From Octopus bimaculoides (Eukaryota), in assembly GCF_001194135.2 (NCBI RefSeq), contig NC_068982.1, positions 184,120,905 through 184,184,904 on the forward strand: DNA of 64,000 nt. Direction: 5' to 3'. Shown piece after piece: positions 58,595 to 64,000 of this stretch (position 1 is the first letter of the stretch; each line of letters opens with the position of its first letter). The translations under genes were made by a program, and so were the position numbers. The notes beneath the pieces are model-generated. The model was not told the DNA's origin. It did not search any database and worked only from the letters and a program-made list of their open reading frames with translations.

Positions 58595-60129
58595 ATGGCA
58601 ACACTTCAAGATGATGGCAGTGACAGCAGAGCCACGTCAGTGCCAAGAAGAAATAACAATATTGGTGGAGTAGCAAAGGGAGAAGTAGACCTAATGGTAG
58701 TAATGGTTGTTATTTAGTCCCAGATCGGTCCTGAATTAGTAGACCTACAGTCAAAAGTGTTCCATCTGTGACCCTTTCACCCCTTTTTTTGTCTGGTATA
58801 TATAGTGCATATAGGACTACATTATTGAATATTTCCATTCTGAAAACACTTGGCTATTATTTGAGGAAGATTTAACTGCTGTTTCTAGCACATCAAATGA
58901 CAACATTAACTCATGGATTTCGTAAAGGATGGACCTGTTAGTACAGTAAGCAGACAGTTTCACCTCTATGAAAGACAAGTACTCTGTGTTCCCTTAGCAA
59001 CGAGAGGGTCATGGTAGCATCATCATCATCATTGTTTAACATCTGTTTTCCATGCTGGCATGGGTTGGGCGGTTTGACTAGGGACTGGCAAGCCAGGAGG
59101 CTGCACCAGGCTCCAATCTGATCTGGCAAGGTTTCTATAGCTGGATCCCCTTCCTAATGCCAACCACTCTGAGAGTGTAGTGGGTGTTTTTTATGTGCCA
59201 CCAGCACAGGAGCCAGTCAGGCAGCACTGGCATTGGCCACGTTTGGTAGCATGATATTAAATAAAATAAAAATTAATATTTTATAAATAATAGTTTCTAA
59301 AATTAATCTAAGTTATAGGAATGTCTGAAATTTAATATATTATTTAGAAGAATTGATAATTTGTTTCAGATGTGAAAAGAGGTTTTCAGTAGATAATCAC
59401 CATATTCATTCTATCTCAGTACACCGACTCTTTATTCCCTCAGTCCACCAAACACCAACATACTATATTCTGGTACATCACATGCTGGTTTACTTCACAG
59501 GCCTTAGCACACACCGTATATCCCACCCTGGTACAACTCAACTTATTACAGACTGACAGAAAAATAAATAAATAGATGGAGAGAGAGAGAGAGAGCGAAA
59601 CTAGAAATGGAAAGATACAAGTTTAGTGATTGACAGATAGATATTACTACACATACATGTGTGTGTGTATGCATGAGTATGTGTGCATGTGTGTATACAC
59701 ACACACACTCATATAGTTTATAGAATTAGACAGAAGCTCGACAAAAGACCAAACGGAAAATTCACGCACAAAACATGGACGTGCTCATTCCTCGTTAGTT
59801 ATTGTCCATAAATCATTACAATTTCACATATATTTGTGTTAATATATGTGTGTACACGCACATACATACATATACAGGGATTCGAACCCCAACTACAAGA
59901 TATTCAGTTCGGGATCACCAGTGAGCCACCACATCAGCCAATCTATGGCATGAAATGGTTCCTTGGATGATCTAAAATTTGGCCTCTTTTTATCGTATAA
60001 AAAAACGTTTGGTGCTTAACTCATCCAGACGAACTCGGCAGATCGCTAACACAAAATGGCCTCGGGCATTCACATAGGCCAACTTGGGTATTCACAGAAG
60101 GCAGACCGTTAAGACCTGACGACCTATAT

Positions 60130-60888
60130 ATCATCATCATCATTGTTTAACGTCCGTTTTTCATGCTAGCATGGGTTGGACGATTTGATTGAGGACTGGC
60201 GAACCGGATGGCTACACCAGGCTCCAATCTGATCTGGCAGAGTTTTTACAGCTGGATGCCTTCCTAACGGCAACCACTCCGAGAGTGTCATGGGTGCTTT
60301 TACGTGCCACTGGCACGAGGGCCAATCTGGCGGTACTGGCAACAGCCATGCTCAAATGATGTTTTTTACATGCCACCTGCATGGGAGACAGTCCAGCGGC
60401 TCTAGCAACGACCTCACTTGAATGTCTTTTCACATGCCACCAGCATGGAAGCCAGTCAGCTGCTCTGGCAATGGTCACACTTGGACGGTGCTGTTAGCGC
60501 TCCAATGGTACGGGTGCCAGTCATCGAATTTGGTTCAATTTCGATGTCGATTTCACTTGCCCCAACAGGTCTTCGCAAGCAGAGTTTAGTATCCAATGAA
60601 GGAAAGGTACGCATAAGTGGGCTGGCTACACCCCTGGCAAAGGCTACGGGTTATGGTCTCAGTTGGCTTGCCAGGTCTTCTCACGCACAGCATATTTCCA
60701 AAGGTCTCAGTCACTAGTCATTGCCTTGGTGAGGCTTAATGTTCGAGGGTCGTGCTTCACCACCTCATCCCAGGTCTTCCTGGGTTTACTTCTTCCACAG
60801 GCTTCCTCAACCGCTGCTAGGGTCTGGGACTTTTTCACACAGCTATCCTCATCCATTCTCGCCACATGACCATACCAGCATATATATA
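60130..60888 (-). mobile_element. RTE-clade LINE 3' end (ORF2 C-terminus, 3' UTR, (GAT)n tail)
   Basis: YGHVARMDEDSCVKK..RSKPRKTWDEVVKHD.RTL.LT.AMTSD.DLWKYAVREKT then UTR ending GGACGTTAAACAATGATGATG. About 25 shorter 3'-truncated relatives occur across the window (e.g. 15215-15510, 24735-25240, 31780-32220, 34195-34772, 48790-49085, 50820-51170, 55390-55600). Confidence 0.88.
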
Positions 60889-62998
60889 TACATTCTTTTA
60901 TTTGTTTCAGTCATTTCACTGCGGCCATGCTGGAGCACTGCCTTTAGTCGAACAGATCAACCCCAGGACTTATTCTATCAGTCTGTTTTGCTGAACAGCT
61001 AAGTTACAGGGACGAAAGCACACCAACACCGGTTGACAAGCGATGGTGGTGGGGACAAACACAGACACAGACACACAAACACAGACACACAGACACACAC
61101 ATATACACGACAGGTTTCTTTAAGTTTCCATCTACCAAATCCACTCACAAAGCTTTGGTCGGCCTGAGGCTATAGTAAAAAAAATACGATCGGCTCACGA
61201 TCGTATGATCGTGAGTTCAATTCCCGGTGATGCGTTGTGTCCTTGAGCAAGACACTTTATTTCACACTGCTCCAGTCCACTCAGCTGGCAAAAATGAGTA
61301 GTACCTGTATTTCAAAATGCTCAGCCTGGTCACACTCACGCTGAATCTCCCTGAGAACTATGTAAATGGTACGTGTGTCTGTGGCGTGCTGAGCAACATG
61401 CACGTTAATTTCAGGAGCAGGCTGTTCCGTTGATCGGATCGACTGGAACCCTCGTCGTCGTATCCGACGGAGTACCAGTTTTATTATACTGTATATATGT
61501 GGCTACACACACACACACACATATATAATCTTACTCTTTTACTGATTTCAGTCATTGTATCACGGCCATACTGGAGCACCACACACACACACACACACAG
61601 TGAAGACCATATGGTAAAATAATTCATAGAAGTGAGTGAGCGCGAAATGTTGTTTTACTCCCACCTAAAATAGTGTTTTACTACCAAAAGAGATAAGGTG
61701 CATAAAAGTGTTCTATACAAGTGTAATTTCTCTTAAATGAAATAACGAGTGTGAGAATGTATGTATATGAGTATGTGGAGATGTGTGTGTCTGTGTGAAC
61801 ATATTACTTAAGTAAGACATAGTGATAATTATTCCCATTTGTCCGAGTTATTTTAAGACGGCAGATAAGATATTCTTCATGGTGTAAGCGAGGCTCGGTG
61901 ATCTACAGATCAACAACGCCTCTGCCTGTGGGATGCAAGTAGGCATGAAAAAAATGAAATAGTCATGCTATAGATCGGAGTGATCCTGTGTTGTTATGTC
62001 GGAAGTCTACGAAACGAGCTCCCAGTCTTCGATCGGTTTTCTCAAGATACTGTAAGCCAAAAAGCCAACATTTAATGCGGTGAATAGTGTTCTTGAAAGT
62101 ATATGGTGATTAAAATTTATATTACGTTATTCATAAAGTGGTGTGTTGTAAATGAAATTAGATATACTGAGAGGTCATAGGTAAAAGCATATATAATTAC
62201 GATGAGTACTACGTTCACTTTCTGAAAAAGCCAGGCATTTCAACAGAAATCTCAGGTTTTAGATCTGAAGTTCTAAAATTTCTGATTAGCAGAAATATTC
62301 GTTTTGCCATTATTTTCAGGAATAAACCTAGTTGTGTCTATGAAGTATGAATATACACTCACTGTTCGTAGTTTTTATCTAAGACCTCAAGCCAGTCACT
62401 CCAAAGACAGAGAAGGAGTGACTTCTTTAAAAATGTGAAGTTTTTTTTTTTTATTGTAAGAGAAAATAATCTGGAACCGTAAATTTCAATAAATTGCTCG
62501 CTTTTGTGACGAAGGTATTGGGTAATCTTCACAACTTTGTTTTAACTTTCCACCCCTTATCTAATTTCAATAACTTCATCCTTAAATAAACTTACATAAT
62601 GATGTGTATTTCTAAGTCATTGTGAACTTGGTCAGTTAAATACAAGTTTTTTTCTTCTACTGCAAAACCGCTTTCAGCCGCAATAGATGTAAAAGTGCAA
62701 AGACGAAAATCTTTTTCTTCAAAAGACTCTAAGTAACATGTTATCCCCATTTTTTACCTACTCTCTTTTTCACTTGTGTTATATATGTTAAACTTTCCTT
62801 ACGAATACGTACACCAATACATTTCCAGTTAAACTATCATATAAAAACATTTATATTCTGTGGAAACGCATTTTTATAGTTTTATTTTCATACACAATAA
62901 ATTCATAAAATAAAACTATTTTCTCTTTAAGTTAAATTTGTTTTAATTACACAAAAAATATATATGTATATAAAAGTTGGCTCATTTACACACACACG

Positions 62999-63045
62999 CG
63001 AAGGGGTTCTGAAAAGTTCCTGACTTTGGGTAAAAGAAAATACGG
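62999..63045. mobile_element. Terminal fragment of the same mariner-type MITE
   Basis: GAAGGGGTTCTGAAAAGTTCCTGACTTTGGGTAAAAGAAAATAC matches the TIR and adjacent bases. Confidence 0.7.
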
Positions 63046-63321
63046 ACGGCTCTCTGTTGGTTTCAATAAAAGTTAGTTGTTCGATCAACTCGGTAGCAGA
63101 GTATTTCAGCTTCCTTTACCTTTAAAGTAATTCTTTAATGACATTCGACGCAGTGGGATCGAACCCAGAATTTCGTGGGTATAAAACGAAATTTTTCACC
63201 ATTAGACCATGTGCATCTACGCACTCACACTCACACGTACATTGCTCACTGTCGAAGGAATCAGAAAGGAGTGTTCAATATATGCAGAGGACATTGTTGT
63301 TTACTTTTTTTCTTTTTAAGC

Positions 63322-63422
63322 TGAAGCTGAGGGCTAGTCTTGCGACTCGAGTTTCACGTCACTGCGATCTTCAGGCGAACAGTTTCCTGAAACTTGAGTC
63401 GCGAGACAAGCTCTCGGTTTCA
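63322..63422 (+). repeat. 35-bp inverted repeat / hairpin with 31-nt loop
   Basis: Arms 63322-63356 and 63388-63422 give 29 Watson-Crick pairs, 5 G.U pairs and 1 A.A mismatch on the + strand. Confidence 0.9.
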
Positions 63423-64000
63423 TTTTTAATAAAATGTGTGCGTGCGTGTGTGTGACTGAGTATGCGTGGATGTGTTTGTTAAAACATCGATTGACATACG
63501 CTTACCTACACGCACACATGCGCATACATATGTAAGTGTGTGTGTAGAAGCATAAATCAGTCGATGTTCTAACATGTATATGTCCATATATACCAATTTA
63601 TATATGTACAAACCAGACTTCATACTACTCAGACTAAAATGTGTGTTTGTAACCCTCAATAATGTTTCTTCTTCTGTAAAGGTTAAAGATGTACAAAGCC
63701 AATATTATGTTATAAATTATGAATACCAAACACATATTCACCACCAGAAATATTTCATACTCGTACAACATGACATTCATATAATTATATTTAGTGAAAA
63801 TACTTCGACGCAGATAGTAGAATAAAGACTGGATATTTGTAGCTTTGAAGTGCAAATGTCAAGTTAGAAGAGTAACTAAAATTTCCAAGGACAGAGGAAC
63901 AGATATCTTCAGAAATTTGCGAATAAATTGGTCGACGTTGATTTGCCAGAATCTTTGGGTTTATAACCCCAAAGTTTGCTATTTTGCTGCAAGGGTAAAT

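Noticed and set aside
59875-59945. tRNA-like A and B boxes on the - strand (a similar one at 63150-63220)
   Set aside because: No acceptor stem or full cloverleaf; SINE head remnants, not tRNA genes.

Overview
Eukaryotic, AT-rich, microsatellite- and retroposon-dense DNA with seven N gaps. The SINE/RTE repeat content looks like Octopus (coleoid cephalopod) genome; the species call is inference. The main gene is a + strand Integrator complex subunit 5 (INTS5) orthologue. I rebuilt it by hand as 22 coding exons from 10838 to 56758, all GT-AG and phase-compatible, about 970 aa. Exon 3 is truncated by an assembly gap. Nearly all ORFs in the supplied track are repeat-derived or spurious. The rest of the window is tRNA-derived SINEs, RTE/CR1/RLE-type LINE relics, a mariner relic with related MITEs, and several hAT MITEs with 8-bp TSDs. 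The best leads are: (1) an intact minimal type I hammerhead ribozyme (31054-31099, - strand) inside a short TSD-flanked element in intron 11; (2) a 35-bp hairpin at 63322-63422 whose loop and one arm read as a second hammerhead-like core on the opposite strand; (3) an NRF1/ETS/YY1/E2F promoter-like cluster inside INTS5 intron 1 that appears to point antisense; (4) an RLE-type retrotransposon relic flanked by a ~95-bp duplication.
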